Assembly (NCBI GenBank): GCA_907165135.1
Contig: OU015569.1
Location: 744,001-808,000 of the forward strand
Direction: 5' to 3'
DNA from: Oikopleura dioica
Taxonomy: Eukaryota > Animalia > Chordata
DNA: 64,000 nt
Positions 11,812 through 23,746 of the stretch are shown here, piece by piece. The position numbers and the translations under genes are program-made. Position 1 is the first letter of the stretch. Every line of letters starts with the position of its first letter. Below the pieces are notes generated by a model. That model did no database searches, was not told where the DNA came from, and was given only the letters and a program-made list of their open reading frames with translations.

Positions 11812-12535
11812 ACGGGTCGGCAACCTGTGTAGAAACCTGAGTCAGGGTCTGAAAAAGAGCTTTGGTGAAAAGCCGCGCAGCGGCTTTTTGAAAACGAATC
11901 AGTTAACCGGCTTCGCAAAATAACCTTTCAAATCTAGCTATAAATTTTGGCGAAGCAGCGTTTCAAAAGCCGCTACGCGGCTTTTCACCAAAAGTCTTAC
12001 AGACCCTGACTCAGGTATTCGGCTTTTGAAACAAAGCCGCAACGCGGCTTCGCCAAAATTTAAAACTACCGTGGTTTTCCATCTTAAGAGCGCCCAACTT
12101 AAGAGCGTTTTTGCCAATATTTTCCAAATTTTGTTATCTGAAAAAATCCCAACTTTAGAGCGTTTTTAGGAATTTTTAATTAATAATTAGAATAGCGTTT
12201 ATTTCAACCTGAAAAATCATTGAAAAAATTGTTTTCTACGCTTTTTCTCAGGTGAAATCATAGCCTCTGATTCAAAGATCGTAATTTTTTATCATAAATA
12301 GGTAAAAATGACCTCAGATGCATTTTTAGAGTTTTGGAAAAATTCTTTTATGCATTTTCATTCATCATTTTTTCCCACTGTCATCCTAGTTTGATCGTTA
12401 ATTTTCCAACTTAAGAGCGTTTTGGTCTACCCTTGTCATCTGAAAAACGCTCTTAAGATGGAAAACGACGGTAGATTTGAAAGGTAATTTTGCGAAGCCG
12501 CTAAGCGGCTTCGTTCTTTAAAAGCCGCTACGGGG
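11812..12535. mobile_element. Two adjacent family A copies, the second interrupted by a TA-flanked MITE
   Basis: First copy 11812-12018. The second copy's arms lie at 12020-12066 and 12474-12535. The central spacers of the two copies are reverse complements of each other. Confidence 0.8.
12069..12471. mobile_element. Tc1/mariner-superfamily (Tc2/pogo-like CCGT termini) MITE, 403 bp, TA target duplication
   Basis: TA|CCGTGGTTTTCCATCTTAAGAGCG ... CGCTCTTAAGATGGAAAACGACGG|TA, with repeated subterminal motif ccaactt(a/t)agagcgtttt. Confidence 0.85.
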
Positions 12536-12589
12536 CTTCTCGCAGAATCTCTTTCAGACTCAGGTTTTCAGACCGGAGCCAAGACCATC

Positions 12590-13610
12590 CTACAGTTTCC
12601 TCGCTCACTACTAATCCTCTACCAACTACACTCCACGACAAATACCTTACTACTCCTCAACACTGATCCTTCCAAAATGCAAAAGAAATGAAAACAAGAC
12701 TGATTTTTGATTGTCAAAATTGATTTTATTCAGGAAGATTATCAGAAGCATCCACACTTTGTGGTCCAAGTCCAGACTTTTCGCCGATTTCGCGTTCAGT
12801 TTTTCGCTGTTCGTCCTTTTTAGGAGAGCGACGAAAGAGTCACTTCCGCAGTCGAGTTTGTCGACTGCAGGTTGAATGCGACTCTGTTTCCAGATTCAAA
12901 TCAGTCTGGTCCAGCGTCTCATTTATGCCTAAGCTGGACCTTCAGATTTCTGAAGAAATTTTCAATAATCGCTTTTTTTCTCAAGAAATTTACCTTTTTA
13001 CGGGCGGCTTCGGACTGTCGAAGTTCGACGAACTGACTTTTTCAGCGTTTTTAGCCCTGACATCAACAGAAGTTCTAGAGATTCGCGAAACAAGCTCGCT
13101 GCCATGGCTAGGCCTCGGACGTAAAAAAGACGATTTTCACCATCCGGTCATCGTACGGGAACATGAGAGGGCTCATTCGAAAGGTCTTGATAAGGGCTTT
13201 CTATTTGACCGATAAAAACTGGGCCCTCCCTTTCTGTTACGAGTTATTTTGAAAAATATTTTTCGAAGCTTACCTTCAAAGTCAAATATCTCGAAAAAGG
13301 AGGACAGGGCCCAGTTTTTATAAGCCCAACAGAAAGCCCTGTTCAAGAGCTTTCGAATGAGCCTACTCTTGTTACCGTACGACGACCGGCTGGTGGTGAT
13401 GAATTTTTACGTCCGAGGCCTAGCCATGGCAACATGGGATTATCTAGAATTTCGAGCACTTGCAGGAAGAAAGCAAAGGATTGAAATTTCTACCTTGTTT
13501 TCTGTTAATTTAGCTCTAGAAAAGTGAAAAAACTCATCTTCAACAAAATTTTCTTATGAAAAAATATCAGCTTTATTATTTATTTTACACAGAATTTAGA
13601 TAAAAAGTCT
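12590..13610. repeat. Dispersed ~1 kb repeat, inverted copy of about 48100-48790 (this copy carries an extra MITE)
   Basis: Near-identical reverse-complement match, e.g. ccacactttgtggtccaagtccagacttttcgccgatttcgcg here versus cgcgaaatcggcgaaaagtctggacttggaccacaaagtgtgg at about 48600. Confidence 0.9.
13109..13422. mobile_element. hAT-like MITE, 314 bp, 19-bp perfect TIR, 8-bp TSD GCCATGGC
   Basis: GCCATGGC|TAGGCCTCGGACGTAAAAA ... TTTTTACGTCCGAGGCCTA|GCCATGGC. The paralogous empty site is at 48283-48290. Confidence 0.9.
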
Positions 13611-13679
13611 GATTATCCTATCTTCATGAATCTCAAATCCGCAGTGACAAAGGAACTTCTTTTTCTTTGCTGGAAATCT

Positions 13680-13797
13680 CTGAAAAGTCTTCAATGAAAA
13701 ACCGCGACTTCTTATTTTTAAAAAGCCACTACGCGGCTTTTCATTGAAGACTTTCCAGACCCTGACTCAGGTTTTCTTCACAGGTTGCCGAGCCCAG
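13680..13797. mobile_element. MITE family A, partial copy
   Basis: aaaagccactacgcggcttttcattgaagactttccagaccctgactcaggttttcttcacaggttgccgagcccag. Confidence 0.8.
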
Positions 13798-13839
13798 CCT
13801 TCAAGTTTCTCTTTGAGCACGGAAACTTGTTTAGAGTCC

Positions 13840-16730
13840 TCAAAAGGTCGACCTGTTGAAAAAGGATTTGCTTTTAAAAATTTTTCTCCAGAAGATGCTG
13901 CAGTAGAGTTGGTTTTTAACCCAGCTGACCGGAACTTTGCTATCTTTCTCAGATACGATATCGATTTGCTTTTCTTTCGGCACATCGAATTGTTTAGATT
14001 CTTTAGAATCTTCGAATGCTTGACTCGATGAGCAAGGACTTGAAGAGTTCACTTCGTACGGATCAAATTGTTTTCGAGGATTTTCGGTGGTTTTGAAAAA
14101 TTCGTCTTTAGTGGCTGTGTCGTTTTGGAAATATAGTTGTTTGGGTGTTAGAGATTTTGTATTGTTAACTAAATCCTCTGGAAGTCTCTCAGAATTTTTC
14201 TCGGATTCACTGACAGTTGATGAATGGACTTTAGTGAAAGCTCTTTCATGGTCTTGATCTCGTTTCATTGACTGTTGGCTTTTGAATTCTTCGAAGGTAG
14301 CGTCGGAATGGTTCTCGAGGTATTCGAAAGCATCTTGGATGTTCTCGCAGATATTTTCAGCGACGTATAAATTTTCATTCGTTGTCTGTGTCCGAGGATA
14401 CAGGACACAAAGAGATGCTCGTTTACCGATAAATGTAAAGTTGACAATGTACGCAGCTCTCAGGGGTGTATGGTGTCCACCAGCAAAGTAAACGTTTTGA
14501 ACATCGCCTAAATTTGATTGAATAAATTTTATGAATAATAACGACTTACACAAATTATGAGTACGACCGGTTCGCGCTTTGAAATTTGTTTCTTCGAAAA
14601 AATTAAAACTGAATGCAACCGAACGCGTGAAGCCTTGATTATTGGGACGAATAGTTGAACGAGAAGAGTTGCGCTCTTTGCGTGTTTCTCTTTTGCTGGG
14701 TATTCTTCGAAGATTCTTGATTCAAAAGTCATCAAATTAGTTTGTTCGTCTTCAAAGAATTGTTTCCAAATATAATCGTGGATTCCTTTTGCTTCTTGTA
14801 TCTTTTGTTTCTTTGTGATTAAGTAATTAATATCAAAGGAAAAGTTTCCCATCGTATTTTCATAAGATACATTGCCGTCAGAAAAGTTCCCGTGGAGATT
14901 TCGGAAGTCAAAGTCAACTTCGAAGTCGAGAAGAGGGAGTCTCGGACTGATGGAATTCTTATTCACAACTCGCATTTCGCACATCCCGAAAATCGAAGCA
15001 ACCATCGCTTTGCAGATAAATCTTTGTCTTTCTGTTGGATTCTTGTAATCATCGTGTAGCTTGATTGATGCGGTCAAGACTCCACAGGGATCGGTCATTT
15101 TATATACTTCTCCTCGCGAGACTGGAATGTTAAGACCACCATGAAAATGCTTGAGCTGTTGTTTTCTGTTATCGTGAGCTTCAATTTTGATATCTTGGGT
15201 CTCAAAGATTTTGCCTTTGTAAGTACTGCTAATTGTCATCCCCTGATGCCAATAAGCCCCGTCGTAGTGTTGAAGAAGATCTTAAACTGATGAATTTCTG
15301 AAGAGAAAATATACGTGTACCGTTGACAACAATCTGCATGGACTTATTGTCCGCCATCGAGCGTGGCAATTTGAAGCAAATCCATAATTTGTCTTGCTTT
15401 ATATTGGTTGTACGCGGTCACCTGTGCAGACCTGCACAGGAAGTCAAATTCACTTTCCTGTGCAGTTTCTGCACAGGAACTCAAAGCTCAGCTTCCTGGG
15501 CAGAGGTCTGCACAGGAAAGGTGTTTTTGAGTTCCTGGGAAGGGGCTAAATCAAAACGGGCCAAAGGAGCCATAGGGCCTGGGAGAACCCAGAACTGAAT
15601 TTGACTTCCTGTGCAGGTCTGCACAGGTGACCGCATACCACCTTTATATTTCTAAATCCTTCATTGTTGATAATGATCCAAAGACGGAACGGAACCGCCT
15701 TCAATGTAATTTCATCGTCTTGATTTGTGATCTGCTCTAAAAATGCTGGAATGTCGATGTTTTTGAGATATTCGATCTTTTTGTGCGACTCTCCCAAGGG
15801 TTGATTCGCATTCATGAAAACGCTGCTAGTCTTTCTTTCTTCCATACGAATCGTCTTCGATAAGTTCTCATGGTCACGCACAGTATATTCCCAAGCGTCG
15901 TTCATTTTCCCGATGTCCAAGCTCTTCTGTAGTTTACACTTGTATAAAACGATTGAGGTCGTCTTGCTATAAAATTCATAAAGCTGATCCTGAAAAAAGA
16001 AAGAAAACAATGAAAATAAATATTTTACTTTTTGTTGAACTCATGCTCGATCCAGTTGCACTCTTTCTCCCTCCTCCAGGCCATGCTTCTTATGATCTCT
16101 TTTTCTTCATAAAAATGCTTGAAAAAGGATAAATGCGCTTCGTCAGATACTAATATTTGACACTGATTCAATACAAACATTTGATTCCCTGCAGAAAGAC
16201 TTGCAATTTACGACTTTGCACTGACATTTTGAACTGCATTGAATAATGCCAATTTACGTCGCGAGTTTCTTCCTTGATTTCGGTTTCTTGTCCGTAAGAT
16301 GGAAACAAATGAGAGTATGGCAAATGGAGTTTATTCAAAATACGCGTTATACAAAATAAGTTGCTTGTGTAGCAAAATTGTGCCAGGCTGGTGTTCGCCA
16401 TTTTCCGAGTAAATATATGTTGTATGTACAAGTAAGTGAAAAGCAGAAAAAGAAAGTCGAACAGTGGCATTTGAAATGGCTGTATCTTCGCTGAGCTCCC
16501 GCTGTAGATCAGGCGCCCAGCGGCACAGCAAATGCGACCGGTGCGTCTTCTGTTGGTTATTATGGCTGGGGTGATGTCTGCACGCGTGTTCCAACGATCC
16601 GGCTTTTTCCGAAAAGTTGATTCACGGAGCGACTCAGTAGAAAAAAGAAGAAATAAAATAAAATTTAAACTGCACGAAGTAGTCTGTTGGGAATGCGACT
16701 TGATTGCACCATCACGGAAGGATCATCATA
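13840..16730 (-). CDS. Uncharacterised multi-exon protein (several hundred aa); ends approximate; hosts the introner
   Basis: Long open exons 15642-16000, 15321-15396, 14600-15280 and 13840-14550. Splicing gives the continuous frame ...NNEGFRNIK|QDKLWICFKLPRSMADNKSMQIVVN|DLLQHYDGAYWHQGMTISSTYKG. No family recognised. Confidence 0.7.
15406..15642. mobile_element. MITE with 47-bp TIR (GGT termini) and 8-9 bp target duplication forming an intron (introner-like)
   Basis: TIRs ggttgtacgcggtcacctgtgcagacctgcacaggaagtcaaattca / tgaatttgacttcctgtgcaggtctgcacaggtgaccgcataccacc (2 mismatches). Direct repeat (c)tttatatt at 15397-15405 and 15642-15650. Confidence 0.92.
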
Positions 16731-16801
16731 AGTTAGTAGTATTTTTCTGAAGAGAGAAAGTGTTTAGAAGAGTGCTTAAAAGGGTCGGTAGTACCTGTGT
16801 A

Positions 16802-19800
16802 CTAGTGGCAGCCAGTATTTAGCGGCGTTTTAAAAAGTCGCGAAAAAGCAGTTCCGGCGTTCTTGTTCGCCACCGCGGTTTTCGAATCAGCGTTGACTTC
16901 TGCGTCCAGAAGGGAGATCTGAAAAGAAGCATACAGTAAGATACTGGCGTGGGAAGTACGAATGGTAGCCCTTATTTTTGCTTTGGAGCTTTTTCATTTC
17001 ATTCTAAAATTTAGTCCCTAATTGCGAAAAGTGTAAAACATCCATATCATAAATTTCGGAATGAAAGAAAAACTGAGTAGAGCACTTAAAAGTGACCGCA
17101 GGTTGACATTCCTATCTAGCTTGCGGCGCGGAGTACTTGATACTCCCTAATCTGGGAGCTCCCCTGCTTCGCCGAACTCGTTTTTGGGGGATTCCGTTCA
17201 CTTTTCGGAAAGAAGAACAAATTCTTATCGTGATTTTGTTTTGGGCTGAGCTCAATAGCCTGTGTGGAAAACCTGAGTCAGGGTTCTCAAAGATCTTTAA
17301 GAACCCTGACTCAGATTTTTCTATTTTAGACCTATTTGTAGGTCCTTTTTAGACCAATCAAAATGCTCAAAAACGGCGTCGCGCGAATCAAAATGAGGAA
17401 AAATAGGTGATTTAGCTCTTACCCTGCTTTTTTGGTGAATCATAAGAGCGGCGGCAAAGATAGCGAAGACGACCAAGACCAAGATGGCGGAAAGAACGTA
17501 GATGATGGTAGCGTCGAATTTGGCTAGAATTTTTTGAATAAAGAGCGGTGCTAGAATTTTACTTACAGTGAATGAATGGCTCGATTTCAGCGATCTGCTC
17601 GACCTGGACCTCGTCGCGCTCGTCGATGATGATCTTGGCGGAGGAGACGACGGCGATGTCGGAGTACATGCTCTCATCAGCGGCACCTCGTCGGGTTCGG
17701 CCGCATTGCTACAAAAGGCACAATTGAGAATCGCTGGAAAGAAAAAGTGCTACCTTTTCGCAGTTTTCGCCACAGACTCGGACGACGCAGTGAAGGTAAA
17801 CTTCTGGGTTGTTGCCTTTGAAGCCGAACATTTGGACCTTGAACTGGACCTTTTCTTTGTCGCCGTTGTGGGCAATGCCGACGGAGGAGTCGACGGGGCA
17901 GCCAGACTGAAGTTAGCGTTAGCGACTACTGTAGTTGGGTACTGTAAAGAGAAAGAACGTGAGAAGCGGCAGATCTTACCAGGAGAATATTGTGGTATGC
18001 AGATTCAAGGTCTGGAGCGTCCGAGTGTGGTTGCGGCACAGGTGTAGCCCAGCATTGCTCAGCCACGAGGTTCGAGGCGCCTGGTGAGAAAGGTTAGAAA
18101 TGGTATCAATTAGCAGCGCTCCGCGCTCCCGGGCACGTACTATCCCAGCCCCATTCTCAAATTATTCGAAGCGCGGAAATTATAGTTAAATATATTTAGT
18201 CTATTGATGATTATAGGAGAAAAGCCAGTATTGAATAATTAATTGAAGAGTATTGTTGCGAAGCCGCTTCGCGGCTTCGTTTTTAAAAGCCGCTGCGCGG
18301 CTTTTCATTTTAGCTCTTCAGAACCTGACTCAGGTTTTCTAAACAGGTTGCCGAGCCAAAAAATAGTCCATTATCGTTTTTTCTTTCTGGTAAAAACTTA
18401 CTTCCGTCAATTTGGTTCAAAAGAGCCATCTGAAGATAAAGCCATTCTCCCTTGCCAATAACGGCGCCATCAGCACTGAGCGGGTTTCTGTAAGATTCGT
18501 CGGCGAAGAGATCCATGTTGACGACGAATTGACCCCTGAATGAATTTTGCGAGTTTAGAATTTAGAAAGACAAGAGTCTTTTTAGATTCGTAATTCGTAT
18601 TTTATCGCGGCTTGTAGTAAACGCTGTGCGATGAAAGAAAGTCGAGAGTATTTAAGGAAAGTGAAAATATTTGCGAGCAAAACAAGGATAAGTCCTCAAG
18701 GATTGCGCGTGATCTAAAAAGGCGCAAGACCTTCTTTTGGTTTTAATTGCTCCAGAAATAGGCGACTCTTTTTCTGTTGTTTTTAGCAATCAAGGTTTCA
18801 ATAAATGCCCCCTTGAGGCCCTAGTTCAACAAAAACAGGCTCGAAAACCTGTGAAGAAAACCTGAGTCAGGGTTTTAAAGATCATTAATGAAAAGCCGCA
18901 AAGCGGCTTATTTAAAAACGAAGCCGCTTCGCGGCTTTTTTTAAAAAAACAAAGCCGCAGAGCGGCTTTTCATTTAAGATCTTTCAGACCCTGACTCAGG
19001 TTTTTTAAAAAGGTTTTCGAGCCAAAAACGAGAAGAAATGACTTACCGGGCGTTCTGGAAAGAAACAGTAGAGACGGTAGGAGCAATGGCAGGAAGAGCA
19101 ACTCGGTAGTCGACTGGGAAAGCGCAGTGGAAACCGATGTTGACTCTGGATCGGGTGGTCATCGAGGGATCGTTGGTTTGGTCGTTGTCGGAGATGTAGT
19201 TGGAGTAGCGGATGTAGGTGCCGTTGGACTCGACACTGGCGCCGCAGGAGGCGGGCGAACCAGTGATGGAAAAGACGACGATGTCTTCTCCTTCTTCATT
19301 GACGCCAGCAACGCCCTTTCGACTGATTGAATAACTTTGATCTAATCAGGCGGTTTCACGGATTATGCCGAACTACTACCGGAGCCCTGTTGTTTACCCC
19401 TTCCGCGGTGATCGTAGATGCATTTAAGGCTCTCTCGAAGAAAATAATAACTAAGTTCTAGTCTCGGAAATCTGTGTAGAAAGCTTGAGTCAGGATCTGA
19501 AGAGCTTAAATTAAAAGCCGCGTAGCGGCTTTTTTCAAAACGAAGCCGCATAGCGGCTTCGCAAAATTACGATTTTAATCAAGTATTTTTAAAAACTGAC
19601 CAAAACTTTATTTCAAATAAAAATTTTATTATTTTTTTATTAATTTTTTTAAATAAAAGTTATTCAATCGGTTCCTGGCAGGCCATGTCGTTGAGGTGGA
19701 GGTTCTCGGCGCTGTCAATTCCGATGCTCTCGAAGATTGACATTTTCACTTTGACAGAAACGAGCGCCTGATCGCAGACGAGATCGTAGTCGACGCCGTC

Positions 19801-20782
19801 GCATGTGGGCCCGTAGAAGTTGTCCTTGCACTGGCACGAGCCGTCGGGAAGCACTTGCGCCGTGAATTTCTCGTTGCACTCCGCCGCGGCTAAAATTGAG
19901 CCCGTGTTACAATTATTTCGCCTTCCGCTGATTACATCCCCACAAATTAGACCGATTCAAACGCTGACATCAGATAACCAATGTTTTAGAGGACAGGACT
20001 AAATTAACCTCCAACTTATAAATTATAAAACAACTAATCCATATTTTCAAATTAAAAACTGTCTCTTTTATTTGCTCATTTTTTAACAAATAATTTTCTA
20101 AAAAAAATTTCTAAAAAAAATTGATAATTTTAATAATTTATTAAATATTCTATAATTGTCGGTTAGGTTAGGGTTAGGGTTACACTCAGTTGTCATATCT
20201 TTTTCTAGGAAATAAAATATAGAATATTTGATTAATTAATAAATTATCAATTTTTTATTCAATTATTTTTTTGGAAATTATTTCTAAAAAAATGATCAAA
20301 TAAAAGATTTAATTTTCAATTAAAAAAAAGCTATTTAATTTTCTTTAAAAATCAATAAAAAAATTATTAACATTTTCTATCAATATTAAAAATTAGCCAA
20401 TTAAAAAATCCCAATTTATAAATAAATAATGTGAAAATTATTATATTGTATATTATCCTAACAAAGATAATTGCCTAAATATAAATTTGATTGATTTTCT
20501 AAAACGCTCTCTATCCCCTTATTTTCGAAGATAAAGAAAAAAACGTGTTTCGAAATTTATCAATCGCCTTCTTTTTTTCACGTTTCTTTGTCGTTAAAAA
20601 ACGTGTATTGAAAATAACTAGCTGTTTGTAAAATTTGGAATTTGAAATTTTCAAGATTGAAAATTGAAATATTTAATTAATTTGAAAATTAGAAAATCGT
20701 GTTCGAAAAAGCGAATAAGACGGAAAAAATTACCTGCAGAGATAAAGGCACCCCACTGGAGTAATTTCAAGCCCAGCTTCAT
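16802..20782 (-). CDS. Secreted/membrane EGF + zona pellucida (ZP) domain protein (uromodulin/GP2/tectorin-like architecture)
   Basis: Signal MKLGLKLLQWGAFISA; EGF CQCKDNFYGPTC; ZP-N CDQALVSVKV...LHLNDMAC...CGASVESNGTYIRYSN...FHCAFPVDY; ZP-C GQFVVNMDLF, EQCWATP, GCPVD, VYLHCVVRVC; furin site RTRR; TM IIYVLSAILVLVVFAIFAAALMI; short tail. Confidence 0.92.
18255..18357. mobile_element. MITE family A half copy in ZP-gene intron
   Basis: gcgaagccgcttcgcggcttcg...cctgactcaggttttctaaacaggttgccgagcc. Confidence 0.85.
18836..19024. mobile_element. MITE family A copy in ZP-gene intron
   Basis: ggctcgaaaacctgtgaagaaaacctgagtcagg ... cctgactcaggttttttaaaaggttttcgagcc. Confidence 0.88.
19990..20720. repeat. 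Very AT-rich low-complexity intron segment containing a short (TTAGGG)-like tract at 20161-20182
   Basis: Runs of A/T throughout; ggttaggttagggttagggtta. Confidence 0.7.
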
Positions 20783-21575
20783 CTTCTTCTTTGTATTCTC
20801 TTTACTAAAAGCTCTACTTTTTCAAGAAAATCTCTCGCTTGCTAGAGGCCGTATGAAATGCTGAATTACGATTTCAGTGGTGGTGGCGCCAGCACCAGTT
20901 TTACCACCAAGTCAAGAAAGCCCGCCGGCAGCTTCAGCCGCCCTTCTGAGCCACTATACTTAACTCAGAAGCTAACTCGCTTTTCTAGTCATTATTCTTG
21001 AGTGGTTAACACAAACTTTAAAAATATCCATTTTCTTGGAAATCCATCAAGACAAAAAAGAAAGAGCTTTTAATTCTGAGCATTTTTGTTTTTGAACTTT
21101 TTCGGCTCGAAACTCGGATCATCCCTTTTTACCCTCAAAACAAATTAACCTATCCCTGTCTAACTCTAACCCAAATCCGAACCCTAACCAAGATAATTTG
21201 ACTATTTTTTTCGAGTCAAATCAAAAATTTCTTTCTTGAAAATTTCTTCTTCAAGATTTCAGCTTTGAGAAAATGCTGAAAAATCTACCAAATGACGGCT
21301 AAATAGCTCAATAAATACCTTTTTAGCAAATTTTAGCCCAAAAAAGGACGCGCGCGCAGGAGCGGGTTAAAAGACTGGAGAGGGGTTGCCGATGGGCGCG
21401 CCAAGAATCTGACACGGATGGGTCAACAGGTTGCTCTTCCACTGCACCAGCGATACTCCACCACATTTTTTACTACACGAATACTTCACTGTGGCGAGAT
21501 GTTCATTCTTGTCACAACCGTTTGCTGCATCAATAATACTCCTCTAAACATCTCAATCATCTACGTGCGCGGCTC

Positions 21576-21887
21576 CAGACACACGTCCTGTGTAGAAAAC
21601 CTGACTCAGGGTCTTGAAAAAACTTGAATAGAAGAATTGAGCCGTCTTTCTGAACCCTGACTCAGGTTTCTGCACAGGTTGCCGCGCTTAGATCAAATAT
21701 ATTCTGGGCTCGGCAACCTGTGTAGACAACCTGACTCAGGGTTAGCTAGAAAGCCGCAAAGATAGATTAAAACGGTTATATTTGCGAAGCCGCTTTGCGG
21801 CTTCGTTTTTGAAAAAGCCGCTACGCGGCTTTTCTTTTGAGATTTTTCAGGCCCTGACTCAGGTTTTCTACACAGGTTGCCGAGGTA
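21576..21887. mobile_element. Two adjacent MITE family A copies
   Basis: Short copy about 21576-21690. Longer copy 21704-21887, ctgggctcggcaacc...ggttgccgagg. Confidence 0.8.
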
Positions 21888-22545
21888 AGTCTGAATCATC
21901 ATGTGGTTTTTGAAGGTTTTCAAGGCTTTTGAAGTTAGAAGTTTTAAGTCTTGCAAAATTTTAAATTAGTAGAAGGCCTAAGTACTCGAGAGAGGGAGAC
22001 AAGAAGGGGCACTTGGACGCAGCATGGCTCATAATCCGGCACTCAAGCGCGGGCAAGCGCCTCTATCAGTTCTTTATCAGTCCTAAAAATCCGGGATCAA
22101 TTCTAGCACGAAAACACAGACGCCATTCTGAGAAGATCGATAATTCGCCAAAAGCTCCATTTCGCGCGACGATTTCTCAATTTTCCAAAAAGCCAATTTT
22201 GAAAAATTACAGTTAATTACTGCACCTGCCAAAAGATGACGTAGCACCGATTTGAATTGAACAGCGACGATTATTTCTCGCCGGATTTCGCGGTTTTTCG
22301 CGGTGTTTTTTCAAAATTGTGTATTTCGTTTTCATAAAAACGAGTAAACGTTTCTAGTACACGCCAAGGATTAGTTGTTTTTTCCAAAAGACAATTCAGT
22401 TGAAAAAAAGAAGCGGTACCTGCAGCAGAAGTTTTTTTGAGGAAAAAAAACGTGCGCGGTTGGAATGGAATTCTGATATTCACACGAAAAGGAACGAGAT
22501 CCGGTGAGATAGATTTTTTATCTAAAATCCAATTCTACTGATATT

Positions 22546-22748
22546 CTGGGCTCGGCAACCTGTGTATAAAGCCTGAGTCAGGGTCTGAAAGACCTTCAAT
22601 GAAAAGCCGCGTAGCAGCTTTTTTAAAATCTGCCAGTATTTAAAAAATAGATTGAAATAATTACTTTGCGGTTTCTATTCTTGAAAAAAGCCGCTACGCG
22701 GCTTTCATTGAAGCTTTTTCAGAACCCTGACTCAGGTTTTCGAGCTTA
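22546..22748. mobile_element. MITE family A copy
   Basis: ctgggctcggcaacctgtgtataaagcctgagtcagg ... ccctgactcaggttttcgagc. Confidence 0.85.
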
Positions 22749-22789
22749 GGTTACGAGAAAACGACGGTTAAAAATACACTTTTTCAGAG

Positions 22790-23746
22790 CTTTTGAAAAA
22801 GATGCAGCGTCGGAAATCTGGAACAGGAGAGCTCGCGCCCGGCCGAGCTTGGAGCCAAGCACATCGGCAATACCATGAGCATGCATTCAAGCAGCATCAC
22901 AAGGACGGCAAGCTTCTTCAGCGACAGGTTTTAGTTTCTGAAATGTTCGTTTGTTTCTTTATCGCTGATTTTTCAAGTGCGAGAATCCGAATCGCTTTAA
23001 TCGAGGGCGAAGTCAGGCGATTGTCAAGTTTCACAAACAGAGCAGTACTCCCAATCTCAAGTATTTAGTCGCAGGTAATTGTGAGGACATTTTCGGCTTC
23101 AAGCTTTCAAGATGAAAAAGCCGCGCTATACCCCCTTAATCATTTTTTTCTAGGAAAGACGCTGCCGATCAACTCGCGCCCGCACAGCATTCTTGAGCAG
23201 AGCATGGTCGTCAGCACGAAGAGCAAGACTCATTGCTCGCAAGTTCCCATGAAACCAAAGACGAGGCCGAAATCTAGACAATTAGAATCCGTCAAGGACA
23301 AAGTAAAAAGCCACCAAAAGAGTACCAAAGCATCCCAGCAGAAACAGATTAAGGTAGGCCTCGTTTGATTGTTGTTGAGTTTTCTAGCGTGGGTTAAGAA
23401 ACAAATCTCCTTCCCTGGCTTTCCCTGGACGACGCAGAAGGCGGAGGACTGGGCCACGCCGCCGCAAGTGGTGTTTTTGGAAGGGCCGCGAAGAGCCAAA
23501 TCGGAAATGAAGAACCACATTTTCACTCCGCCGACGCGGCGACCCTCTACGACTGTTTACCAGAAACCCATACAGGTACTGACCGCATAGCATGTCACAT
23601 GCCACGCACTCCTGACCTTTTGATAACTAATTCGAATAGCCTAGTAAGTCGAGGGCGGCTAAAGTCGAAGACTGGTTGAATCGGAACACCTTCCAATGCC
23701 GCGAGTCCAAGCTCGACCTTCGTCACGCCTGGTCCGAGAAGATCTA
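22790..23746 (+). CDS. Hypothetical basic/low-complexity multi-exon protein; start and some phases unresolved
   Basis: Open exon-like blocks bounded by AG/GT (about 23153-23352, 23388-23574, 23641-23746) ending PSKSRAAKVEDWLNRNTFQCRESKLDLRHAWSEKI*. Confidence 0.45.

Noticed and set aside
17568-18047. 159-aa plus-strand ORF
   Set aside because: Antisense shadow of ZP-domain exons.
20830-22110. Exon-like GC-richer patches between MITEs
   Set aside because: No coherent reading frame on either strand.
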